The notes: a model not told the origin generated them from the sequence alone. Shown: positions 13,876-27,058, counted from the stretch's first letter. The stretch: 64,000 nt of DNA from Octopus sinensis (GCF_006345805.1 NC_042997.1:183024001-183088000); one strand, 5' to 3'. Made by a program: numbers and translations.

Positions 13876-14149
13876 CGTGTGTGTGTGTGTGTGTGTGTAA
13901 AATTTTATCGAGTAGCCAGTGTAGAAACCAATTAAGGAAGAAAATTAATTCCTTTATATATAAAATACATTATAATATCAAGGACTATTGCTGTGCATAA
14001 AAGCTTTAATGGCGCTCTAAAGTCAAACTACTTCAATAGGCATACACTCGCGCCGACATCGAGGAAATGAAAATTAGAAGAAATTCCTTCAATAAAATAT
14101 AGGTTTAGTCGTATACCATTAACGATTCGTGGTCACCATGTATTACTAT

Positions 14150-15162
14150 TGATATGAGTAGGTCAATTCGGAAACAAATGCTATGACCTACTTTGCTCGT
14201 TGTAGTCTGAAAGTCTGGAATACAAAGTTATTGTCCTTTGTTCCGTCAGATTCTGAAAGGATTAATGAGTTTTGAGGAGACCTTTGGCCTTGTGCCGGTC
14301 AAAGAAGAGTCGAGGAAGCTACCCTTTAAAAAGCGAACGAGCTGTGAGTTTAGGACAGTCTGCCGGCAGTTCTGGCCAGAGACGGGGGTGATACGAAGGC
14401 GGTCAGTTGAGAAAGACAGACAGATAATGTGAGGGATGACAAGCGAAAGAATGACAGTGAATGTGAAAGAGGAAGACAGGCAGATCGAATTACGGCGAGG
14501 GGCAACGACAGCGTGGAGGAAGACAGACAAACCGAATTAAGGAAAAGAGAGAGGGACTACGGTATGAGGGCACTACTGGTTATTGTAGTAGCTCGTAACG
14601 GTATGTTTATTTATGTTTTGATATGTGTTAACGAAGGAAAAAGAATTGTTGAAATGTAAAAGAACTGATGTGTTGAAAATAGGAGGAAGAAGTACTGAAT
14701 TGTGTAAAGACATTGTGAAAAGAGTAGTTGAAAAGAAAGAAAGAAGGAGAAAGACTCTAATGTAGATATTATCTGAACTTTTAACTGTATCGTTAATGTA
14801 GAACTGATTTGTCTCTGAACTGTTATTGTACCTGCATGCTTTGATTTGTTGTTTCCTTGTTTTCTTGCACGTATTTTCTTTGATGTATTTGATGTAATAA
14901 TTGTTATAAACTACTGTTGTTAAATGTAGCCAATTGCCTTCCGCCGTCTCTCTATGTGTCTCTTCCTGCTGTTGTTTGTTGTTGTGTTATCTCCGGTCGC
15001 CGGTTGCAAAGTTCGCTGCCACCTTTTCCCCCACCGAATTCTCTCTCTCTGAGTCCGTGGCGAATTCATCGTTCGATCGGGCCGGTAAATCGTCGTCGCT
15101 CGACTTGGTAGGGTCCCGGGTTTTCCGAAGAGTTTGAGCGACGGCAGGTGGTATTCGTAACA
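14150..15162 (+). mobile_element. Solo LTR (Gypsy-type)
   Basis: TG...CA termini (tgatatga / tcgtaaca), 4-bp TSD ctat at 14146-14149 and 15163-15166; related copy at 48102; strand inferred from the ccctttaaaa TATA-like motif. Confidence 0.8.
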
Positions 15163-15371
15163 CTATGTTCTCCACTCAACAGTTTGACTTTAGAGTCCCA
15201 TTAAAGCGTGTGGCTTTTACGCACATTAATAGCCCGTCAAACGACGCGCTTGAATGTTATGGGTGCTTTATTCAGCATATTTAATGTATCATCACATACA
15301 TGAATTACTTAGATTTATGCCATTATTTATTTAACTTATTGCTCTTAGATTAATTTTGAAAATTATACATA

Positions 15372-15782
15372 CAAGCGAGAAGTGGCTGTGTGGTAAGTAG
15401 CTTGCTTACCAACCACATGGTTCCGGGTTCAGTCCCACTGCGTGGCACCTTGGGCAAGTGTCGTCTACTATATCCTCGGGCCGACCAAAGCCTTGTGAGT
15501 GGATTTGGTAGATGGAAACTGAAAGAAGCCCGTCGTATATATGTTTATATATATATGTATGTGTGCGTGTATGTTTGTGTGTCTGTGTTTGTCCCCCTAG
15601 CATTGCTTGACAACCGATGCTGGTGTGTTTATGCCCCCGTAACTTAGCGGTTCGGCAAAAGAGACCGATAGAATAAGTACTGGGCTTACAAAGAATAAGT
15701 CCCGGGGTCGAGTTGCTCGATTAAAGGCGGTGCTCCAGCCTGGCCGCAGTCAAATGACTGAAACAAGTAAAAGAGCAAAAAA
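15372..15782 (+). mobile_element. SINE family A
   Basis: tRNA-like head, internal (TG)n, tail gactgaaacaagtaaaagag. Confidence 0.92.
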
Positions 15783-15984
15783 GAATTTACACACGCATAC
15801 ACACACATTTATGCGTGTATATCTGTGTGCGCGTGTATGTGCGTGTGTGTATACGCATGTGAGTCGTCTAAGAGACTATAAGCCAAGGAGAAGATGCACT
15901 CGTACATTTGTCACTAGAGTGGGTATATTATCCAAAATATATAGAATCAAATATCCTGGTATTACTAATCTGTTTCGCGTAAAC

Positions 15985-16406
15985 GACCACTGCAACATGG
16001 AAACTGTTTGCAAAACGAAAACAGTTGTATACGAGGCAAAAGTAACAGGAACAGGATCCAATGGACAAATATGTGGGGGAAAATAGAAGGTCTCTTCGGA
16101 ACCCGCTTTGATAACGACAAGTCCTCATTCAATATCCCAGAGAAACGTAACGCCACAATCTTAGCCAAGCACGCCTGGACTTTGAAAGAAAGCGCAGCGG
16201 AGTACAGCATTAAGTGGAAGATCCTAGAAAGATGCAAACCGTACTTCAATAGCAGTAGGAAGTGCAGATTATGCCTAGCTGAAAATAGAGCAATTTTAAA
16301 AAGTACCCAACGCCCGGATGTTTATGTGAAAAGCAGGAGTGAGGTGTTTAATCCTTGCCCGCATGAAAGGAAGTACATTCTATCATACTTCCGCGCCCCA
16401 TCATGA
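15985..16406 (+). pseudogene. PLE GIY-YIG endonuclease, frameshifted
   Basis: CKTKTVVYEAKV..(fs)KYVG(fs)KIEGLFGTRFDNDKSSF..LAKHAWTLK..IKWKIL..CRLCLAE..RSEVFNPCPHERKY. Confidence 0.85.
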
Positions 16407-16845
16407 CTGAAACCACCGGTCCCTTACCTCGACCTTCCACCAATGCCCTTGTGCCCAGCAAAAAGAGTTTGACCAAAGCACACACCAAGGCACCCATCTA
16501 CACACATTCACACACACCTATAAGGCGGACACCCCACAAAATAAACTGTTTCTCCCCCCAACATATACTCCGTCACACAAATTGCACCCCTCTATATACA
16601 CAGATCCCCCACACACACACATACATTACAGACCGCACGCTAACATAACCCCACATTAGTAATACACACTTTCCACACTTCAAGATAACTTGCCGGCTTC
16701 ACAGCATACCCAACCAAGGGACATAACACCTAAACTAATTACTTGGCTCTTTTTTCGTTCCACCACCTTTTTCACAGCCGCAGCTGACCCGTTGTGCTAA
16801 TCCACCTCCGACAATAGAGAGCAGTCACCATATTCCCTTCGATAT

Positions 16846-16939
16846 CGGCTAATTCTGATGAGCGTAAAGTTATATAATTGGTTTCTTACCTAACACTCCA
16901 TTGTAGTCTTTACGCGAAACCGATTGGTAAGACCAGCCG
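16846..16939 (+). ncRNA. Type-I hammerhead ribozyme with intact core and long stem II
   Basis: cggct..tt-CTGATGA-GCGTAAAG...CTTTACGC-GAAA-CC(gatt)GGT-A-ag..agccg; downstream of the PLE EN on the same strand. Confidence 0.85.
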
Positions 16940-17057
16940 TGATGGATATTTAATACTATACGTTTCGGATAATATATATATGTGTGTGTGTATGCACGCG
17001 TGTGTGTGTGTCAGCGCGCGCGTGCGTGCGTGTGTGTGCGTGCGTGTGCATGTGTGT

Positions 17058-17337
17058 ATAGTATTTTATAAGCTTAAAGTTTGTAAGTGAACACCGTGTA
17101 ATGGCTAAAGAAAATAGTCTAATAGTGGGGTATGGAAGCCCTCGACGGAAAAGAGTAGGTTTTCTCGTAAATGGCTAGCACACTTGTCGTGAAAACAAAG
17201 AGATGTGCGTTCGAGTCCCACGCGTACGAGGAAACCTAATTTTCTTCTGTCGATGGATTATATGCTCCATTATTAGAATATTGTCTTTAGTCACTGCATG
17301 TTGATAATTTATAAGCTTTAAGCTTGTAAAATACTAT
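17058..17337 (+). other. Long hairpin element with tRNA-like loop
   Basis: Arms 17058-17169 and 17225-17337 about 77% complementary; loop has tggctagcac, anticodon-like arm ttgt(cgtgaaa)acaa and B box gttcgagtcc. Confidence 0.85.
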
Positions 17338-17410
17338 TGTTATTATTATTTACAGAATTGTGAAAATCGACGCTGCTTAACAAAAAGCGTCACAGAAATG
17401 TGTGTGTGTG

Positions 17411-18351
17411 TGTAGTGGATCTTGCAGGCATGAAGTGGATTCGATCCACTATAGCCAAATTGCAAGTAACTCTTCAACAGAACTTTTCTCACGGTGGAAC
17501 AATGATTTTTTTTTTCTGTGATAGCAGTTTTACATTTTCCTGATGCCTTAGCTAAGCAAAAATAATGTCTTCGCTACTCGACCCTTCTAATCTCTTACAG
17601 ACCACCAAAAGCTATAATTAAGATAACAAGTACCACCAACTAAATCTAGTGTTCTCAACGATATATCTATCTTTCTGGATAGTTATAAAAGCAAGAACCC
17701 CGAGCAAAAATCAGTTAGTCACTTGGTAACAATTCAATCAGCTAGTCAGTTGGTGACAACTCGTGAGTTGAGAGAGAGCTAACATCAGTTAGTGAACCGA
17801 TCCCTAGAATCATGGCCACAAGCAGGCAGACAAACGGCCAGAGGGAAAAAGAAAGAAGTTTAGAATCAGTGACTATACTCTCGACAACGTCCCACACTCT
17901 CACTCTTACTAGCTCACTTTATTTTCTCTCACAACATCATTCTATCTCTTTCTGTAATTACTACTACACAATTACGAGAACACAAACACAAGCTATATAA
18001 GGAAAATCTACATCTATCTTTACTTCGCATGCTTTACGATTTCATCACCTGCCCGTCGAGGTAAGGTATTGTTTAATGTAACGATAAAATAAATATTTTC
18101 TTCACAACTTCAATCACTGTTCTTTCATTCTTACGCAATGAAAAATCTCAAACCTTTAACAAATCAATCATAACAGTAACAAACTCAATTTCAACCGTCA
18201 CAAAATCTAATTTCAACCATTTCGCTAATAAACTTCAGCCATTACAAATTGGTGACCCAACCGTTATAAAATAATAATCTTAATCGTTTCAACTGATCCC
18301 GACGTTACACCATAACAGGCATCGTTAGAAAAATAAAACTTTATCGTTACA
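17411..18351 (+). mobile_element. LTR-like remnant
   Basis: tgtagtg...cgttaca termini, gctatataag TATA-like motif, aataaa, PBS-like ttggtgaccc near 18249; no clear TSD. Confidence 0.5.
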
Positions 18352-18619
18352 TATATATAAATGAGTAACAAAGATGTACAGGTGTTAATTCATTACGGCC
18401 GTTTCTAGTGGCTCCTTTAATTGATTAATGAAAACATATCAATTTGAAAGAAACCGTTCCCCTATAGACCTCAAGCATGAAGGACACCAACATTTTTAAA
18501 AACATATTTACATCAATAATGGAAATCAAAATATTTATATTGTTTCTTTTGCTATATCTGTGGCAGAATGAGTTCAGAAAATAATGCATGACACGCCAAG
18601 CCTACTATAACTTAGAGTA

Positions 18620-19082
18620 GGCTACTTTCTCGTCACAAAAAATGAATCATTTTTTTAATCGAATTGTAACATGTGATGAGAAATGCACAATGGTTGGACA
18701 AAGACGAACTACCAAAACACAGTCCAAAAAGCAAAATTCATCAAAAGAAGCTGATGGTGTGTGTTTGGTAGTCTGACGCAGGTGTGATCCATTATGATTT
18801 CATTTAACGTAGTTCATCAATCATGGCTGAAATATACTGCAGCCAACTGGACCAAATAATGCGGAAACTTACAAAAAAAGCAAAAAAACAGCCTAGGTTA
18901 ATCAGCGGATCCACTCCTATTTTATTGCGTGCGTGCTTTCACATGTGGATGTGAGAAAGAGAAAGGATGAGAAAGAGAGCTAGAGAGAGTGAGTGAAGAT
19001 GTATGTCGTGATGTAAGAGAGACAGCATAGATTAGCGAACTATTTTTTCTTTTCTGCAAATTTCATACTTGACGACCTAATA
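18620..19082 (+). mobile_element. Mariner transposase remnant with 3' TIR
   Basis: FFNRIVTCDEK, QWLDKDELPKH, HQKKLMVCVW*, AEIYCSQLD; TIR-like caaatttcatacttgacgacctaata. Confidence 0.85.
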
Positions 19083-19549
19083 GAATTAAATCCATTGGGA
19101 GTTGTCAACCGTATTCTAATTAATGGTGATAAATCAATTAATGACAATGTACTAAACTCTTAATGTAAGATATCTACACAAAAGGGTAGGTTGTAGGGTT
19201 AATAGTAATGGAATGTCTGATGGGGAAGGGGTGATTAATGGAAGAAAGAATGATAGGGGTGGTTAATGTTTTTTAGATTATCAAAGGGGAACATAATGAA
19301 AGGGGTGGCTAATATTTATTTAGATTATTAAAGGGGAACATAATAAAAAACCAAAAGAGATAAGAAATATACACTTTAGGGGTGGTAATTGGAATTGAAA
19401 GATATGGGAGGTAGTAATTTATAACTTAGTCTGGTGGAATAGAGGGAAAGAGACAGAAGTAAGAGAGATCAGGAATCGGACATCTGAAGAACTGAGCGTC
19501 TGGCAAAACAGAAGGAAAGAGACAAAAGCAGGAGACGTCATGAATCGGG

Positions 19550-19818
19550 TGCTCATGTCAATACAAACAGAATAAAAGAAGTTTTGCATAAATCAGACCA
19601 CGGGTTACCGAGATGCGCGGTTTTTACGGGTACCTTTATAAATAGCCAAACCGGCGTATAATGGGGGAAATGCTTTGAAAATAAGGTACCATTAAAATGT
19701 GAATACACACGGAATAACAGAAGTTTCGCGTAAATCGCATCACGGATTCCCGAGATAAGCGGGAGATTTTTCGGGCACTTTGAATTATTGGTGACCCGGC
19801 GGGTCACAAGTGGTCTAG
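19550..19818 (+). mobile_element. Helitron-type 3' end
   Basis: Perfect hairpin gtgacccg-g-cgggtcac followed by CTAG|T; 5' boundary uncertain. Confidence 0.6.
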
Positions 19819-20663
19819 TAATACATTAAAAGTCAGTTTGAATCTTGCTTGCTTGCTTGCAAAGTTACCCAGCCAAACTGACGCATAATGGGAAAATATT
19901 ATTAAGTTTACCCAGAAATGTTAATACGAACAGAACAAAACAAGTTTCGTGTAAATCGGACAAGTAGTTTTAAGAGATATTAGAGGTTTTTCGGATATAA
20001 ATACCCAAAGTGGTGCATAATGGAAAAATGTTCCAAAAATAATCTTAATCCCGAAAGGGAAGAACTTTTTATCGTTCGATTAGACACAGTGACTTGACAA
20101 CGAAAAAATACGAATTTTTTTACTTTAAATGTTTCTGTTTTCGCTTTTGTTAAACACAATATTCTAGAAATATTTTTAAGTGAATGTGATTTCAAAAATG
20201 TAAGTTGTTTGTGCAGTAAGTATTTATATTTTAATGATTTTTAAAGATATTTTCAAGTGAATACCATTACAAAAATTCTTTTTAGCATATTTTTAAAATA
20301 TTTTTTAAGTGAAGATAACTTTAAAAATACGGTAAATATTTCGTAAAAGACCCGTTTGTAACCGCGGTGTGAAATAGTTTTTTTTTCTATAGGTTTTCTT
20401 CGAGTGCTTTCAACTATCTCACCCCCAAAGATTTGGGTGATATTTCTACCACATAACAGCTATTTGCGATTAAGGACCCAAAATACCTGCTACGTACTAG
20501 CAGGATGCGCAAGAAATAGCAACCAAATCTTTCCTTTTGTGAGGAAAGGAGCCGTTTACACGTGATTTTGATGTCACATTCGTTGAAAGCATTCGAAATA
20601 ACCTGGAAAAGAAAAAAACCACGAAACCAAACCCGAACAGCCTGAGTGCCGGAGTTGCCACTG

Positions 20664-20695
<32 letters not shown>

Positions 20696-21475
20696 TGTGT
20701 GTGTGTGTGTGTGTGTGTGTGTATTAGAAGGTTTGGAGATGATGTACAGGTATTATATATTAGAAGAAATGAGGTACTCAGAAATCCGGATGGTTTTATA
20801 TTTACAGATATTTATTAGTATGTTACATGTTTTTATACATCATATATCATATAACATATATTAGCGCTTTCGTCCATTCATGTGGAGTCTTCAAATTGAA
20901 CTACGTTTTTGCAGGAATTTTGACTATTTTTATAGTATTATTGAGTGTGTAGTGGTGGGGAGAGATATAAGATAGTACAAGAGGGTGATGAATGGGGAGA
21001 AAGTGAGAGATAGCATATGTGTGTGCGTGTGTGTGTATGTATGTGTGAGTGTTTTTCTATCTGAAAAAAGTGTTAAAGAAAAGGAAAGAAAAAAGAAAAG
21101 GGAAAGAAAGAAGAAAAAAATTTGTTGATCTCTTTGCAGCTGGTCAGGTTGTCAATAATCATCGATTTTTGGTCAGGTTGTCAATGATAATCGATTCTTG
21201 GCTTGTTTAATCCAAGGGGGGGGGGGGGCAAAATGTAACTTTTCAAAAAATTGTCTGGATTTCCTTTTTACCAATTACCACCCATAAGGTGTATATTTCT
21301 TATCTCTTGTGTGTGTGTGAGAGAGAGAGAGAGAGAGTGTGTGTGTGTGTGTGTGTGTGCGTGTGTGTTTTTGTATCTGAAAGTAGTGTTAAAGAAAAAG
21401 AAGGAAAGGAAGAAGAAGGAGAGAAAATTTGTTGATATCTTTGTAGTTGATCAGTTTGTCAATAATAATTCTTCA

Positions 21476-21718
21476 CATGCAAGGAGAATTATATAGGTGA
21501 AACTGGAAATTCTTTATGCCAACGAGCCAGAATTCACCGACAACATGTCCGACAGGAGGAACTGCGCAAGATTCCTCTGAGTAAACACCTAGATACATGT
21601 GGAGAAGGAAAATTTAAGATCTTTCCCTACTACAAATGTCCGAAGAATGACACCTCCTTCAGGAGGAATATGGAAAAATACTTCATAACAAAGTTCACCC
21701 CCAAATTGAATGGCTGAA
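21476..21718 (+). pseudogene. PLE GIY-YIG endonuclease C-terminal half (open frame, no start)
   Basis: TCKENYIGETGNSLCQRARIHRQHVRQEELRKIPLSKHLDTCGEGKFKIFPYYKC..RRNMEKYFITKFTPKLNG*. Confidence 0.85.
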
Positions 21719-21811
21719 AATATTTCTATAATAAGTTGTACTAGATGAAGGACTAAATTTGTAAAGTAAATTGTATTAAACACACATACGCACACAGCAC
21801 TACACATATAC

Positions 21812-21947
21812 TCTTTTACTTGTTTCAGTCATTTGACTGCGGTCAAGCTGGAGCACCGCCTTTAATCGAGCAACTCGATCCCGGGACTTATTCTTTTGTA
21901 AGCCCAGTACTTATTCTATCGGTCTCTTTTGCCGAACCGCTAAGTAA
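21812..21947 (-). mobile_element. SINE family A, 3' fragment
   Basis: ctcttttacttgtttcagtcatttgactgcgg...gccgaaccgctaag. Confidence 0.85.
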
Positions 21948-23860
21948 CGTTATATGTACATATACATAAATAAAAATAATCTTTAATCCAGATTCTCCAT
22001 CCCATGTCAGCACACGAATCAAACATTGGATTGAAAGAACTAAACAGTAGTATAAATATCAACACAAATATTTCTTCTTCCCCTCTTTCTTCTTTTTCCC
22101 TTCTCCAACGACACCCCTTCCAGATACACAGGCACCCACACACACACGCACACACACACACTCACAAAACAATGATAAAAAGAAATCCAGACAATTTTTT
22201 GAGAAGTAACATTTTACTTGAAGTGGCCAGCTGAGTTAACCAATTTCTAAAAGCTACAAATCATTTACTATTGAAAGACTGACCAGCTGCAAAAATATAA
22301 ACACATTTTTTTCTCCTTTCTCTCCTCCTCCTTCCTTTCATTCCCCTTTCCCATTTAACATTCCTTTCAGATACGCAGACACCCACACACACACATGCAC
22401 ACACACACACACGCACACTCTCACAAGATAATGATAAAAAGGAAATCCAGACAATTTTTTGCTCCCCCTTTGAGTGACCAGCTGATTTTACCATTGCTAA
22501 AAGCCAAGAATTGATTGTTATTGACAAACTGACCAGCTGCAAAGATATCAACAAAATCTTTTCTTCTTTCTCCCCTTCTTCTTCCTTTCCTTCTCTCTTT
22601 TTCTCTAACACTTCTCTCAGATACAAAAACACGCACACACACACACATACACACGCGCGCAAGCACGCGCATACACACACACACTCTCTCTCTCTCTCTC
22701 TCTCTCACACAAGACAATGATAAAAAGGAAATACAGACAATTTATTGAAAAGTGACATTTTGCCCCCCTGGATTTGCCATTACTAAAAGCCAAGAATTAT
22801 TATGGACAAACTGACCAACTGCAAAGATATCGACAAATTTTCTCTCCTTCTTCCTTTCCTTCTTTTTCTTTAACACCCCTTTCAGATCCAAAAACACACA
22901 CACTTACACACACACACGCACACAGACACACACACGCACACAGACACACACACGCACACAGACACACACACGCACACAGACACACACACGCACACAGACA
23001 CACACACGCACACAGACACACACACGCACACAGACACACACACGCACACAGACACACACACACACTCTCTCTCTCTCACTCAAGACAATGATAAAAAGGA
23101 AATCCAGACAATTTTTTTGAAAAGTGACATTTTGTCCCCCTTGGAGTAAACAGCTGGATTTGCCATTACTAAAAGCCAAGAATCGATTATTATTGACAAC
23201 CTGACCAGCTGCAAAGAGATCAACAAAATTTTTTTTCTTTTTTCCCTTTTCTTCCTTTCCTTCTTTTTCTTTAACACCATTTTCAGATACAAAAAAACAC
23301 ACACACATACACACACAGACACATACACACGCACATACACACACATGCTCTCTCTCACTTTCTCCCCATTCATCACCCTCTTGTACTATCTTATATCTCT
23401 CCCCACCACTACACACTCAATAATATTATAAAAAGAGTCAAAATTCCTGCAAAAACGTAGTTCAATTTGAAGACTCCACATGAATGGACGAAAGCGCTAA
23501 TATATGTTATATGATATATGATGTATAAAAACATGTAACATACTAATAAATATCTGTGTATATAAAACCATTCGGATTTCTGAGTACCTCATTTCTTCTA
23601 ATATATATTTATATATATATATATATATATAACAACTACTATTTGTGGTTGAATCCCTGGCTGCTTTTTCTAGTGGGTCGAACGGCCTATTATGGCCGTT
23701 CCTCAATTTGTTGTTGAATTTATTAATAGTCTCTGACTATTTCCTTTTTCTCACTAGACCGCTGGTGGCAAAATAATTTCTACTGAATTTTTTGCTACCC
23801 TAATATTGATTAATTTATATATATATATATATTATATATATATTTATATATATATATATA

Positions 23861-23916
<56 letters not shown>

Positions 23917-24202
23917 AGAGAGATGTGTATATGCCAGAAAAGTAACACATTCAGTTTCAGTTGTGCAGGTATATATCGTCAAGCAATATCTTACTGATTA
24001 TGGTATAGAAATGGTTAAAATGTTTCTCAGTTTTGCGCAGTTGTATTGATTAGTGGTAATATCGGTGCGAAACCGATGGTAACATTAAATATTGTTTACT
24101 CGTTGTGTGTGTGTGTGTGTGTGTGTGTGTATGCATGTATGTTAAAGTATGTGTACGAATATGTGTGTGAGAGATAGATCGATAGATAGATAGAAAGAAA
24201 TA

Positions 24203-24595
24203 GTCTTTTCTACTCTAGGCACAAGGCCCGAAATTTTGGAGGAGGCCAGTCGATTAGATCGATGCCAGTACGCAACTTGTACTTTATCGACCCCGGAACG
24301 ATGAAATGCAAAGTCGACCACGGCGGAATTTGAACTCAGAACATAGCGGCAGACGAAATACCTTTTTCTTTACTACCCACAAGGGGCTAAACACAGAGAG
24401 GACAAACAAGGACAGACAAACGGATTTAGTCGATTACATCGACCCCAGTGCGTAACTGGTACTTGATTTATCGACCCCCGAAAGGATGAAAGGTAAAGTC
24501 GACCTCGGCGGAATTTGAACTCAGAACGTAGCGGCGGACGAAATGCCACAAAGCATTTAGCCCGGCGTGCTAACGCTTCTGCGAGCTCACCGTCT
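24203..24595 (-). mobile_element. Two abutting or nested SINE family B copies
   Basis: Core aaagtcgacc.cggcggaatttgaactcag occurs at about 24310 and 24495. Confidence 0.85.
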
Positions 24596-25042
24596 TAGAG
24601 AGAAAGAGATAATGTCGCATGTATTATGTGACCTAGTTTCCAGCAACTAAAAGTCATGAACGCTTCTGTTAATAATGTGACCCCACTGTTGAAAGATCAT
24701 GCAGCTAAAGATATTTAAAATGTTTAGGATTGTTTCGAAGAAGAACCACTTCATTATCCGATAATATCGTTTGAATAAGAAAATAACTCTTTCAGCTTCG
24801 TAAAAAGTGCGATCCGTAACAAGCGTTGATTTGTACATACTGACACAAGGTCACAAATTTACAGTGAATTGAAAAAAATACTCGATTGATTCACATTGAT
24901 CATATTTGTGATATCAAGTAACTTTAACTAGTAAAACAACAGAAAAAAAAATGCTTTCGTTGTTATCGGTGAAGTGTTACTCAGTTCTTTATTGTAGTGA
25001 GAAACCGAAAGAAAAAAAACAAACTTCATATCATTTAATATG

Positions 25043-25840
25043 CAGGCGCAGGCATGACCGTGTGGTAAGCAGTTTACTTTTCAACCACATAGTTTCAGGT
25101 TCCGTCCCACTGTGTGGAACTTCGGGCAAGGGCCTTCTACTATAGTCCCCATGCCGACCAAAATCTTGTGAGTGGATTTGGTGAACGGAAACTGAAGAAG
25201 CCTGTCGAATGTGTGTGCGCGTGAGCGTTTGTGTGTATGTACGTACGTATGTATGTATGCATGCATATATGTGTCTGTGTTAACCCCACCACCGCTTGAC
25301 AAACGGTGTTGGTTTGTTTACGTTTCCAAACTTAGCTGTTTGGCCAAAGAATCCGATAGAATAAGTAGCAGGCTAAAAAAATAAAACTAAGTCGTGAGGT
25401 CGGTTCGTTCGAATATAAAATCTCCAAGCCGCTACCCCATTATGGCTGCAGTCCAATGAATGAAACAAGTGCTGCTCCAGCATGGCTGAAACAAGTAAAA
25501 GAATAAATAATAGATGCAGGCGTGGGTTTGTGGAAAGAAGCTTGCTTCCCAACAACATAGTTCCAGGTTCAGTCGCACTGCGTAGCACCTTGGGCAAGTG
25601 TCTTCTGCTACAGCATCGGGCCGACCAGTCTTGTGAGTGGATTTGGTAGACGAAAAAACTGAAAGAAGCCCGCCATATATACGAATTGGTGTGTTTCCGT
25701 ACCATAGCGGTTCGGTAAAAGTGATTGATAGAATAAGTACTAGGCTTAACCAAAAATTACTGGGACCGATTCATTTGGTTAAAATTTCTTCAAGATGGTG
25801 CACCAGCATGGCAGCTGTTTAATGAATAAATTATAAGATA
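25043..25840 (+). mobile_element. Two older SINE family A copies in tandem
   Basis: Heads at about 25043 and 25515; diverged from 27903. Confidence 0.8.
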
Positions 25841-26189
25841 GATAATAAAATAATGGGTCATCATTTTTACGTGAATGCTAATAAATGTCTTTGCTTTTTG
25901 TAATATTTTTATTTATATCTAACACACAGATTGTCATGAGATTAACAGCATACCAAATATGAATATTATGATTTCTGACTTAGGCAACAAAATAAATTCA
26001 AAGACAGAAGTGTGTTCGATTAAATCAACTCCGGCATATAACTGATACTGATTTATTAACTCTGAAAGAAAGGAAGCAAATAATTTATTTTAAGTACAAG
26101 GTCATTCTGCCATTACAGAAAAATATGAAACAGAATAATGTAATGCATTTAGGACGATGGTTGTAATGATAATAATCTACATGTTTATA

Positions 26190-26772
26190 TGAATTCAATT
26201 CGCCAACTTGATTTCGATAAAACTGAATTTACATGGGTTGAACTTCGAACATCGATAATTAAAAAAAAATATCAAAATGTAGTCGCTTTTTACTTTAAAA
26301 TAGTTCACATTTATTTTAATAAATTTATAAATTTAACGTTTATATTTTTTCTGTTCGTACGTACTTACATAGAATATTATAAAAGTATAAAGTATTTTTA
26401 ACACCAGTCAGTAAATATTATACAGCGTAGTTGAACATTTTAATGTTTTCTGTAGTAAGTTGTGGTTGGTCAATGCTTAGGTTGAATTCAATTCGCCAAC
26501 TTGATTTCGATAAAACTGAATTTACATGGGTTGAACTTCGAACATCGATAATTAAAAAAAAATATCAAAATGTAGTCGCTTTTTACTTTAAAATAGTTCA
26601 CATTTATTTTAATAAATTTATAAATTTAACGTTTATATTTTTTCTGTTCGTACGTACTTACATAGAATATTATAAAAGTATAAAGTATTTTTAACACCAG
26701 TCAGTAAATATTATACAGCGTAGTTGAACATTTTAATGTTTTCTGTAGTAAGTTGTGGTTGGTCAATGCTTA
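26190..26772. repeat. 293-bp tandem duplication, apparently identical
   Basis: tgaattcaattcgcc starts at 26190 and 26483; ORF track shows identical peptides. Confidence 0.95.
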
Positions 26773-27025
26773 CGTTAAAGCACTAAAATTCATTTTTATA
26801 ACTGAAGTAAAAATTTAAATATTACAAGCCATTGTTAAACACGATCATTTTAATATTTCCATAAAGTTAATAGTATTTTCACTCGCCATCTAGTTCATAG
26901 TGTTGTATTGTGAATATATGTGTGCGTTGTGTTTGAGAAACACTAGTTTTGTTATATTTTTTTATATTCATATTTAATACTTCTATTAACTTTTTAAACA
27001 AATAATCATTGATTCGCTATGCGCG

Positions 27026-27058
<33 letters not shown>

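Larger units (their letters stand above)
20740..23610 (+). mobile_element. 5'-truncated PLE with inverted terminal duplication
   Basis: 20740-21250 is an inverted copy of about 23090-23610; central EN fragment; 3' region has four ~250-370-bp tandem units (22170-23400); hammerhead-like motifs at 20862-20895 (-) and 23465-23500 (+). Confidence 0.8.

Noticed and set aside
17165-17230. Functional tRNA gene
   Set aside because: D arm incomplete and anticodon loop non-canonical; tRNA-derived only
24020-24090. gcgaaaccgatggta resembling the 3' half of the 16846 hammerhead
   Set aside because: No CUGANGA box upstream; at most a dead relic
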